A stretch of 62,931 nt of DNA, the filler included, from Octopus bimaculoides (taxonomy: Eukaryota): NCBI RefSeq assembly GCF_001194135.2. It is 5 parts of 5 records of this genome, joined end to end, with 100 filler letters (N's around TTAATTAATTAA, not from the genome) between each part and the next. Parts side by side here need not be neighbours in the genome. Positions count along the whole stretch, not along the records: positions 39,344 to 56,262 come from NC_068988.1; positions 56,363 to 62,931 come from NC_068995.1; 3 more parts are not named here. The stretch is one strand, 5' to 3'. The notes beneath the pieces are model-generated. The model ran no database searches, was not told where the DNA came from, and saw nothing but the letters and a program-made list of their open reading frames with translations. Within the stretch, counting starts at the first letter, position 1, and each line of letters begins with the position of its first letter. Below are positions 52,231 through 62,931 of this stretch, piece after piece. The translations under genes and the position numbers were made by a program.

Positions 52231-54140
52231 TTAAATTGGTGATTTGGGAAGGAAGGACGCAACCCATGACCTTTGCAGTTCCTCCAAGACTGGTGAGATT
52301 GATGCCGTTATTGTTCCATTTAAACTGTTGTAGGCCAACATTAATAAAAAAGAATAAAATAAATGAATTAAATTAAATTTAAAAAAAACAAGATCAGGGA
52401 GGAGATTCCAGGAGTCCGATTTCCTGAGGATGAAGAATTGGTGATAACTGTCTCTGCAGAGCCGAAGAGGTTGGACGCAACAACGATGTCGAGAAGTGTA
52501 GAGACAAGTTGCTTAGGTTTTCCTGAGTGGTGCAAGTCCGAGAACGACCAGCTCTGAAGAGCAGAAGCTATTAGATAGAAAAAAAAAACAGGTAGAAGTA
52601 ATAGCAGACATGTAGGCCATGGCATGAAGCATGTCTGTTTATCTGCCTGTGGTTGTCGTTGTTTTGCTCAGGGTCAGCGCTGACAGTACAACACTATGCC
52701 TAGAGGTGTGTCCGCCGTAACTTACCTTCCCTTTGTTTATTCAGAACTACAATATTTATCGCCTTTTTTTTTTTAATATGTGGAGTGTGGTATGAATGAG
52801 ATATAACAGCTATTTGTAGCAGTTCAAGGCAGCGATTCCTCCTGTGGTATCTATGCACACAGAAATGGAACGGGCCAGTGATAAGATTCGAATTGGTAAC
52901 TCATCGAGAGACCGACACGCTATTAAGTTGGCTTCTTCGTTATAAAGCTTCACCGTGATTTGACAAGTTACATTAGTCAACGTATCCTTTTATGACTATC
53001 ACTTTGTCCCACCATCTTCAGTGGCATGTGAAACAAACCACGTAAGAATATATTGCAATACATTGTGATATTTGTTGTGATATTGCTGTATTGCAACGTT
53101 GTATATCATCGTCATCATTTAATGAATGTTTCCTTTTTTAAAGAGGATATGATGGGATATGGGGAAGATTTGACTGCTATTTTAAGGAGATCAAATAACA
53201 GCTTATACACTGTACTCAGCCGGAGTCGATTTAATTGAATAGAAAAAAAAAACAGTAAGTGAGATATGTTAGGAAGAAGAAGCATCTGATATTTCGAACA
53301 GAGCTTTTCATTAAGGGAGTAAGTTTCCTTACTCTGTAAATTGTGTCACTTTACTAGTGGTCGATACCGAGCTTCACTCACTCTCTTAGATTCTACTGTG
53401 TCATGTTAACCTAATATGGGTCTCCTCTGACCAGACATGACCGTGTATTGTGTCAAATGAAATCCGTTTATTGCAATCCCGAACGTAATAAAAATCAGTT
53501 AAGAAAGTAACAGAAGTTAAAACATAGGACAATATAGACCAGTACCACACAGGAACACAGAAAATTCTTTGTCGACAAGTAAATAATCTTCAAGCAGTTT
53601 AGGATAGGTGACCGGAACACAGAAAAAAAAGCTCGAAATATCTGTTGTTGATTGGTTTCTACTGAACGCATTATTTAAATAGTATCGAACGCACTATTTA
53701 CTATGATCACTTTAATGACATCACTCATCTCCAACAGTTCACATTTTGTTAGATCAGCGCCAAACATATGTGATTATCTTTCATTTTGATATTTTTATAA
53801 TACTAAATACATTGTTAAGTATCTAAAACGAATAATGTAAGAATCATATAAATTTTAGTCCATACAATACATAATGGCGATGGCAGCTTCAATCAATGTC
53901 ATAGAATATTGGCAGAAGAATAGTGAAGTTGTAAAAGCAGAATAAGCAAATACGTTTTATTTTAATACATAAAAATAATCATTTCTTCCTCCCATACTAT
54001 GATACATTTAATTAGCATATTTACTAGGTTATTACAGTCTACGATATATTTACATAACATTGTTAATATGGTATGTTATACAGTATAATATAAATTAAAT
54101 AACATTGATTTTAATGCTGTGATATAGTTGCATAAAATAT

Positions 54141-54192
<52 letters not shown>

Positions 54193-55559
54193 ATATATAT
54201 GATAACATGCTATATTATTAAATACCTTGTTATAGTTATATACCATGGTATATTGTTACATAATATGATACCATGTTATGTCTTATAAATATTATATTAT
54301 AATGTCATGGTGTGGTTACATAAAATATTGATAACATGGTATGTAATATGCTATGATATAGTTATATAACATGTTGATTTGTAATATTTCACAACATTTT
54401 ACTTTTGTGTGAAATAAAAAAAGAAGAGATTAAATTCAAACCAGTACTTGGCTGGTACGGATATTTATCGCTTATGGGAAGAATGAAACCAAGTGGATCG
54501 AGGTAGAATTTGAACTCAGAATGTAAACTCAAATGCCATATGCTGTCCGTCAATCAATGATACATTTCTAACTGCCGTCTTGATACTGCTTGCTAATGTC
54601 GGCAAAATATCTTTATGTTGTTTAGAGCCTGCTTTGAATTTTTTGAGTCCAATCAAAGATGTAATTCTTCATGAACAGACAAAGAAGAATCTGTTGCTTT
54701 TAATAGGTACAAAATGTGAAATTCTCACTTGTCTCATGTTAATTATGTCAGACATCTGAATTGGGCTTCAAGAGGAATTTGAAACTGCCATGTTTTCTAC
54801 TGAATTTACCAGGAGTCTTAACACTATCTAGAAGCTAATATAAGTCTAAGAAACTCGATCTAATATCTTCAGGGTTTTACAATTCATTTAACCTAACATC
54901 ACAATTACAGTTGTCGATACAAGCTTTCTTTAATCAAATCTACGGTTGTTATTTGGCTAATTGGTCTAGAGTTCAGAGATTGAATCTTGTCAAGTTCCAT
55001 TAAACTTTACTCCCTTTTCATAATCCATAAAACTAAATTCCACTCACATGTTAGACCAGAAAAGCTAGAACGTTTATTTTAAGATGTCAACTTTTGATTA
55101 CTGATAGGTCATTTGATATATTATTTCCGGGTCATACGTACGATCCTTTTAACAATAAGAATAAAAGCAAAATCAATAGATAAATAAATGAATAAATAGA
55201 TAAATAAATGGGATAGTAATCCTCTTGAATAAATTTTAGAAATCAGATATGGGTAGATTGATATTCTAGGTATAATTGTTTGTAGGTCAGTTACTTTAAA
55301 AATAACGAGATTTATGGTTACTAATTACTAATTAGAATGCAAAGCTATATTGTTGTAAGAAGATGACTGAAACGACAGAAGAAGCCATACCCAGATGACT
55401 TTTAATATTATCAGTGTAGAGAGAAGACATTGTTGATATATATATATCTCAGATTTGCGTTTGGCCGTACGGCTTTTGAATGTTGTTTTCAGTGTCCATT
55501 TTTTCCTGTCTTGGTTTGTGTTTGCCACCTTGGAATCCTCTGTGTAGTGGGTTGATCCA

Positions 55560-55720
55560 CTACTCAGGAAGAGACTATTCTAGAGTACGTTCTGTCTTAT
55601 CTTCGAAACGTCTAGATAGAATAGAGACAGCTGATGAAGGGATATTCCAAGTGGCTTTCCGTTTTCCTATGTGTTCGTTCCGTTGTCTGTAGTTTATTGT
55701 TCTAACGTCCTGTACCCTGA
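55560..55720 (+). mobile_element. CTGATGAAGG-family module
   Basis: CAGGAAGA...TCTTCGAAACGTC...CAGCTGATGAAGGGATATT...GTCCTGTACCC, then a microsatellite. Confidence 0.6.
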
Positions 55721-55914
55721 TATGCATATATATACACATGTAGATGTAAGTATGTACATATATGTGTGTATACATGTATATATATTATTTGTATTATNNN
55801 NNNNNNNNNNNNNNNNNNNNNNNNNNNNNNNNNNNNNNNNNNNNNNNNNNNNNNNNNNNNNNNNNNNNNNNNNNNNNNNNNNNNNNNNNNNNNNNTATAT
55901 ATATATATATATAT

Positions 55915-56120
55915 ATCTTTTACTTGTTTTCAGCCATTAGACTGTAGCCGCGATGAGGCAACGCCGCGAAGAATTTTTGATCGAATGAGTCGACCGTAGT
56001 ACATTTTTTAAGCCTGGCACTTATTCTATGAGTATCTTTTGCCGAACCGCTATATTACGGTGTGATAAACACACCAACACTGGTTGTCAAGCGTAGTGTG
56101 GGCCAAACGCAGACACAATG
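55915..56120 (-). mobile_element. SINE family B, 3' part
   Basis: TCTTTTACTTGTTTTCAGCC...GCCGAACCGCTA...CACCAACACTGGTTGTCAAGCG. Confidence 0.78.
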
Positions 56121-56135
56121 ATGTGCGCGCGCGCA

Positions 56136-56170
<35 letters not shown>

Positions 56171-57210
56171 CTTGAAAAGTTCGACTGAACCGACGAAAAC
56201 GCCAAAAAGAATTATCCAAAATTCTGATTGCCTACTTCTTCTTAATATATATATATATATATNNNNNNNNNNNNNNNNNNNNNNNNNNNNNNNNNNNNNN
56301 NNNNNNTTAATTAATTAANNNNNNNNNNNNNNNNNNNNNNNNNNNNNNNNNNNNNNNNNNNNGTGGTGGTGGTGGTGGTGGTGGTGGTAGTAGTAGTGAG
56401 ATGATATTGCTGGTGACGGCAGTGTAATGGTGGTAGTGGCAGGGTCGAAAGTTTTTCGGAAAAGAGCGGCTAATTGATCTTCTACGCCCAAGGTCTCTCC
56501 GAGCACGTCGTTGGACTTTTCCTTTACTAATCGTTTATAAAAAGCTTAAGTGGACGTTCCACATGTCGCAGTATCCGATTGGTTGAGGGCTGTGAGCGCT
56601 TAAAGACATTTTACTTTCCAAATGCTCACCTTGGTCTCTGTTTTACCCAGAATTGTAGCTCCGTTAAAGAAACAAGCTGCGGAAATATGTGTATGGTGAT
56701 AATAAATGTAAGCTATGCTGAACAAATACCGCAAAGATTCTTATAATTCAGTTAATCCAGCGGCCGAGACTAAAAATTTACATTTTCGATCACCAAGATG
56801 ATGAAAAAGAATCCTTGACCTCGACGGAATTAAATTCAGAGCGCAATAGAGCATCTTGTTGCTGTTGTGAGAATGTGTATAGTTTTGTTGTGACGGCGTC
56901 GATGATAGCTTGATTCTAAACAAGAAGCCCCTATACTAAGCATGAGATAAGACAGGTCATCTAAATGATTCCGTTAGACTGTATGGTTATTGACCTTATA
57001 AGTCTGCAACCGAATCGCATAAGGACCAGATGTAGAAACACATGCCTCACCACATGGAGCGGTATAAACATGACAGGAATAGACGAACAAATTTTTTTAC
57101 AGAATGTCGTACGTGCCACATCTCACGTTAAAATCTGGTGTGCGTTGACCCGCACATTGAGACACACACAAACAAATATATCTATAGTGATGTACCTGCA
57201 TAAATACTAA

Positions 57211-57255
<45 letters not shown>

Positions 57256-57598
57256 NNNNNNNNNNNNNNNNNNNNNNNNNNNNNNNNNNNNNNNNNNNNN
57301 NNNNNNNNNNNNNNNNNNNNNNNNNNNNNNNNNNNNNNNNNNNNNNNNNNNNNNNNNNNNNNNNNNNNNNNNNNNNNNNNNNNNNNNNNNNNNNNNNNNN
57401 NNNNNNNNNNNNNNNNNNNNNNNNNNNNNNNNNNNNNNNNNNNNNNNNNNNNNNNNNNNNNNNNNNNNNNNNNNNNNNNNNNNNNNNNNNNNNNNNNNNN
57501 NNNNNNNNNNNNNNNNNNNNNNNNNNNNNNNNNNNNNNNNNNNNNNNNNNNNNNNNNNNNNNNNNNNNNNNNNNNNNNNNNNNNNNNNNNNNNNNNNN

Positions 57599-57599
<1 letters not shown>

Positions 57600-57651
<52 letters not shown>

Positions 57652-57830
57652 CGTGCGCGCGTTTGTGTGTGTGTAAGTGTGTGTTTGTGTGTCTGTGTTT
57701 GTCTCCCCCATCATCGCTTCACAACCGATGTTAGTGTGTTTACTTCCACGTAACATAGCGGTTCCTCAAAAGAGAGCGAAATAATAAGTACTAGGCATAC
57801 AAAGAATAAGTTAAGTCCTGGCGTCGATTT
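57600..57830 (+). mobile_element. SINE family B, 3' part following a gapped (TG)n array
   Basis: GTGTCTGTGTTTGTCTCCCC...CATCGCTTCACAACCGATG...GAATAAG..GTCCTGG. Confidence 0.78.
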
Positions 57831-57954
57831 TTTCGGCTATGCAAAACAAGGTGGAAAAACTAGTACTGAAAAAGTCTTCACAAACAGTCACTCAGAGATT
57901 CACGCTATGGTTCCTCGGACAGTTGTGATCACAAAAATATATAATAAATAAATA

Positions 57955-58009
<55 letters not shown>

Positions 58010-58010
58010 G

Positions 58011-58325
58011 GATGGGGCGAAACGGGCTGATTACTACCTAGCTCAGATACTAGGAAACCCCCAAACGGCTGAAGTTCAAAAGATAGTGCTCATGGGAACT
58101 GCCCATATCCTACGTAAAATACTGTCTATGTGATCTCAAATTTTAAAACAAACACATCATTTTCTTATGGTTTCTTAAAATTCTCTAGAACAAAACTGTA
58201 CAAATCCAAATATATGGTACCCTAGACATAACACCTACATGAACTTCTAACTTGTTGTCTCTTGAGGTGTCTGGGTGAGACTTGGATCCAACTTGTACAA
58301 ATACAAAGCAAAAGTTAAACATAAA
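58011..58325 (+). mobile_element. 5'-truncated R4/Dong-like LINE 3' end inserted in an (AAT)n microsatellite
   Basis: ADYYLAQILGNPQTAEVQKIVLMGTAHILRKILSM* (stop at 58131-58133) is the RLE-LINE C-terminal motif. A 3' UTR of about 190 bp follows, and AAT repeats lie on both flanks. Confidence 0.82.
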
Positions 58326-58689
58326 ATAATAATAATAAAAGAAGTATTTATATATATATACACATTTTAACTGTTAGTCTAAATGTATTATTATATTCTA
58401 ATCACCATTAGAGACATCACCTGTATTAACACCGTGCCAGTGCAAGATTTATGATGACCCATCGCACGGCGATGGTCGGTCTCCTCACTGCAATATTAAC
58501 AGCAGAAACATTATCAATTAATAATATTCACCGCAGATGATATTAACAATAGTAACATCTTCGAGTGTAAATACTCCAATGACTTTGCTCATATATATAC
58601 ATATTTGCACCATGTGGAGCGGCTTGACGAAAAGCAAACCATAACACTGGCAGATTTATAACGTGGCGCACTTAGAATTTTTACCAGTG

Positions 58690-58747
58690 ACTCATACTGA
58701 AGAAGGCTGAGGCCCTCGGGCCAGAATCGAAACCATGGTACATGAGT
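58690..58747 (+). ncRNA. Type I hammerhead ribozyme motif (third sequence family)
   Basis: ACTCAT-A-CTGAAGA-A-[GC-rich bulged hairpin GG...GGCC(CTCG)GGCC...TC]-GAA-ACCATGGT-A-C-ATGAGT. Helix I is 6 bp with an A.C mismatch next to the core, and helix III is the palindrome ACCATGGT. Predicted cleavage is after GUA at 58740. Confidence 0.7.
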
Positions 58748-61129
58748 ATCTGAATGGCATATTCTTGAAATGTATGCTTTTTTAATGTCTTCATTCACTA
58801 TCCGTTTCCTCGCCAATAGTTGTTTTTTCTCTGTTATTTGGTGCCTTCTGGCGGTTGAATTAAGAATTTAGCTCCTATTTCTAAACAGGTTGATGCTTTT
58901 TCCGCATCCTCATACCTTGTGCTACCTTAAAATTTTATATATATATATATTTACATATATATATATAAACATAGGTAGATAGGCAAACAAACAAGCGAAC
59001 TGACAGATAGATAGATAAATATGTGTGTAAATATATATAAGTATGTATATGCATAAACACAAATGAGTACAATCAGTCTCGTTCTCTCGTTTCTTCTCTC
59101 TCTCTCTCTCTCTGTATCGCCTTCGCGTGGTAGATATTTTACTGTAACTGTATACATGTCAACCGAAGCTGAGAGTTAAAACAACTCGAGTTTTATATTT
59201 CGTTAGAAATGAAATACGTCAACTGTTGTATTTCTTTTGTTACATTGAACGAAAGGCGTAATTAGAGTTTCACGAGAGCGAGTCGGTGCTTTCTCCACTT
59301 GGCCCGGAAATTCTTGTAGTCTCACTATTACAAATAAAGAATTGACCTGGATATGGCAAACATTTTAAATAACTGTCAAAATGAAGTTACACCAAAATGA
59401 TGTAATTCTTATTTTCATTGTACGTTTACGCTAGGGGTGATACAAGTATGGTCTACGGAGCATTTAGTAAAATTTTGTGATAATTCATTGTGGCTTTTGT
59501 GACATTTATTTCAGTTCGTCTCACGATTGTGGATTCCCCTGTTCTTGCAATCTTGGGTTCGATAATATATAGTAATACACACACACACACACACACACAC
59601 ACATTTTTGTATTTCGGCATGGTCATTCTTTTGATGACACATCAGAGAAGAGCAGAATGAAATAAGTGGAGAGACGCCTTTAGCCACCGACAAATGTTGA
59701 CTCGATTACTTCCCCGAAACTTTGCAGTTCTGCAAAGGAGACTAAGGCAACAGGTTCGGGACTTAGAAAATATGTACACGTGTCGATTTGATGGATTACG
59801 CCCTTCGATACGGGGCCCCAATTTGTCCGCAGTGTAGTGACGGATAGAAATGTAAAAATGAAAATATAGAAAAAATTATAGGTAATGGTCCTGATTTTGT
59901 ATTTGTCTTAACATAAGGCTCAATGTTTTATATTGAACATAAGATTCCTTTATTTACTAAAACGATGAACATTTCATCACATTGGAGTTTGATATTGTAA
60001 AATATTTTTACTTTCTAAATGAAGGGAAGAATGTTTTAAAGAACAACGTTTCATATAACGCTACGATTTAGTTTACATGAATCATCGATTCTAAGAAATG
60101 AAAAACTTACAAAAATTGCTTTCTTGTCCGTTAAGTAAAACAGGTTGCTACGTTTCAGTCTAGCTAAAAGAAAATGTTTTCAACCTTTTTCTGCATGTTA
60201 TAATATATGCTGTACATATTAAAAATCATAACACTATGTTATGAAGCTCTCGTTGCAACAAATGGGCGATTATAGTATTTCACTGGATTTATCAGGACTA
60301 ATCCAAGGCGTTTTCTAAAGCAACCATTTTGGCTATAGAAAGTAAAATGCAAGAAAATCTTTCACTGTTTCACCCGGCACCCGGTAGTTTGTGCAGCGAC
60401 CCGTTGTTAATATCTGTGACATATAACATTGTTAATAGCACGCACTTCAATCGGTCGTTTGCCCACTCACATTTTTGATGTTTTCAATAACGAAACATGT
60501 TTTAACTTGAATGGGAAACAAAATTGCCGAATCACTTTCTGTCAGGTCATGTAAGAAAAGAAGAAAAAGAAGTCTTTCGTACAACATAGGATCGCAACAT
60601 TTGACTTTTATAAACACGATTATATGTATAATACATTTCTTACAACATGTTTTGCTTTTATTGGTGTTGTCAAGCGAAACCTGTTATATTACTCTCTATG
60701 CATTATTGTTCATTTTCAACCTGTTTTTTGTTTGTTTATTTGTTTTATCTTGTTTTGTTTTTTTTACTACCATTGTAAGAACACGTGGCGACTTATAGTC
60801 CACGGTGAATGCTTTCTCCACATACATTAACCTTTTTTTACTTTTTTTTTTCACTCATATCAGATAAAAAATTCAACTATTTTCCTTACTGAATTAAATT
60901 CAACCAAGAAGCAATTTTTCACTTTTTCTTCACTGGTTCCTAATTTACCTTCAAGTAAAATTTAAAATATGCTCTATTCTCTGTAAGACTATTTCAAAGT
61001 GAGATAAATTAAGCGTGGACCCTAAATACAGAATTAATACTTCCGCTAACCATTGTTTAAAAGGTTTTATTCTGTGTTCGTTAAACATAAAATCAAAATC
61101 AAAATGAAACAAAAACAATTAAGCTTATT

Positions 61130-61342
61130 AAGGCAGTGAACTGGTAAAATCATTAGCACGGTGGGTAAAATGCTTAATGGCATTTCGTCCATCCTTTCGT
61201 TCTGGGTTCAAATTCTACCGAGGTCGTCTTTGCCTGTTATTATTCCCGGGTCTATAAAATAAGCACCAGTTGAGCACTGGGGTCGATGTTATCGACATAG
61301 TCCCCGCCCCAAATTTGCTGGCCTTGTGCCAAAATTTAAACC
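61130..61342 (+). mobile_element. Full-length SINE family A
   Basis: AAGGCAGTGAACTGG head, GGTTCAAATTCTACCGAGGTCG and the GGCCTTGTGCCAAAATTT tail. Confidence 0.86.
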
Positions 61343-61654
61343 GGTATTTGGTTTCTTAAACATATACATTAAAAGACGTTTCGAAGTCAGTTTAAAAATT
61401 TAATCCTAAAACGATAATGTTGGCGGATGATAATAATGTAGTAATAGAGGAAGAACGTTTCTTAAATAATTCAGTAGTTTGTGGATTTGATGTTCCTTTT
61501 TATGTGTTGAGTTCATTTCTGTACAATCTTCATATTTTCTTCGGGAGGAAAAATTCTGCGCCAGCTCTCAAATCGTTTGTATCATCATGGTTTTCGGTTA
61601 AATTTTCTTTTTTAAATTTCCAAGAAAATATTTGACTTTCTCTTAGTTAATGAT

Positions 61655-61830
61655 ATACACGAAACGCAGAGTAGATAAAACAGGGGACAACTGATGAAGG
61701 GAATGTTCTTTATGTCTCGTTTCACTATTTGTTTCTTTCCTTGTTCGAAACAATGTTCGTTTATCATGTTTTTATTTTTTATGTTCTCATTTCTCATTTT
61801 CTTCACATCTTTTTGACGTCCTGTACCCTT
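61655..61830 (+). mobile_element. CTGATGAAGG-family module
   Basis: GAAACGCAGAGTAGATAAAACAGGGGACAACTGATGAAGGGAATG...GTCCTGTACCC, close to 34794-34926. Confidence 0.7.
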
Positions 61831-61949
61831 ATATGCATGTATATATACATATATATGTAGGTATGTACATATATGTATGTATATATGCATATATATATTA
61901 TTTATATTATTATTATTATATATGTATGTATATATATATATGTATTCCT

Positions 61950-62130
61950 TTATTCTTTTACGTCTTTCAGTCATTTGACTGCAGCCATGCTGGAACAACG
62001 CCTTTACTCGAACAAATTGACCCCAGGACTTATTCTTTGTAAGAATAGTTACGGGGATGTAAACACACCAACTTCGGTTGTCAAGCGATGGACAAACAGA
62101 CACACACACGCACACACACACGCGCACACA
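61950..62130 (-). mobile_element. SINE family B, 3' part
   Basis: TTTCAGTCATTTGACTGCAGCCATGCTGG...CCCCAGGACTTATTCTTTGTAAG...TTGTCAAGCGATG. Confidence 0.8.
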
Positions 62131-62365
62131 CGCACACACACACACACACATATATACATTTATATACACAAGATAGAGAGCGACATATATATATATATAG
62201 ACATATATGTGTGTGTGTGTGTGTATATGGATGTTTGTATATAAGTATGTATCTATGTACATATGTATGTATACATGTGTGTGTGTATGTATGAATGTAC
62301 GTACGTATGTATTTGTGTATGCATGTATGTATATATGCATATATGAATGTATATATGTTTATATG

Positions 62366-62758
62366 AGGCGGGCAGTCGATTCGATCGACCCCAGTATATA
62401 ACTGGTACTTAATTTATCGACCTCGAAAGGAATCTTTTCTCCTCTAGACACAAGGCTGGAAATGGTTTTGGGGGAAGGGGCTAGGTAATTAGATCGATCC
62501 CAGTACATAACAGTTACTTAATTTATCGACCCCGAAAGGAACCTTCCCTATTCTAGGTGCAAGGCCTGAAATTTTTGTGGGTGAGGGGCCAGTCGATTAG
62601 ATCGATCTCAGTATGCAACTAGTAATTAATTTATCGACCCCGAAAGGATGAAAAGCAAAGTCGACCTCGGCGAATTTGAACTCAGAACGTATAGACAGAC
62701 GAAATACTGCTAAACATTTCACCCGGCTTGCTAGAGATTCTGCCAGCTCGCTGCCTTA
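62366..62758 (-). mobile_element. SINE family A with a triplicated 3' module
   Basis: The head ends at 62758. The block GATCGA.CCCAGTA...TAATTTATCGACC.CGAAAGGA occurs three times, near 62380, 62495 and 62600. Confidence 0.85.
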
Positions 62759-62931
62759 CAATGACAGAAAATTACAAGATGTTCAAAATTTTGATGGATT
62801 TTATAACAACAATACCTGAACAGGAGTTCAGCGAATTTTAAACTAATACGAGATATTAACAATTAGATACAACGAAGCTTTAAAAGTAAGATAGTCTTTA
62901 CAACCTCCGTCGTTGAAAAGGCGGGAGAGTT

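Noticed and set aside
52380-52570. Purine-rich coding-like patch (KIREEIPGVRFPEDEELVITVSA)
   Set aside because: It may be an RT remnant, but no diagnostic motif is intact and I could not assign it.
59270-60480. Small CpG-containing patches as a promoter
   Set aside because: They are too short and scattered, with no downstream exon or transcript evidence.

Overview
This is AT-rich, repeat-saturated animal DNA from a gappy draft assembly. The SINE families and microsatellite load suggest an octopus; that assignment is inferred, not database-checked. I found no intact protein-coding gene, rRNA, tRNA or CRISPR array, and most long ORFs in the supplied track are microsatellite or N-gap artefacts. 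The recognisable content is dead mobile DNA. It includes two RTE-type LINE copies, a decayed Penelope-like element (RT plus probable GIY-YIG), two 3' ends of restriction-endonuclease (R4/Dong-like) LINEs, a Helitron helicase 3' end, two mariner fragments and many tRNA-derived SINEs of about three families. The best signal not explained by ORFs is a set of type I hammerhead ribozyme motifs, folded by eye, at 14013-14061 (-), 14339-14387 (+), 15287-15332 (+), 16715-16764 (+) and 58690-58747 (+), plus one decayed copy near 56172. Two of them sit in a roughly 740-bp inverted/direct-repeat cassette resembling a Penelope pseudo-LTR or retrozyme. A few small candidate exons on the minus strand hint that the window may be intronic, but this is unproven.
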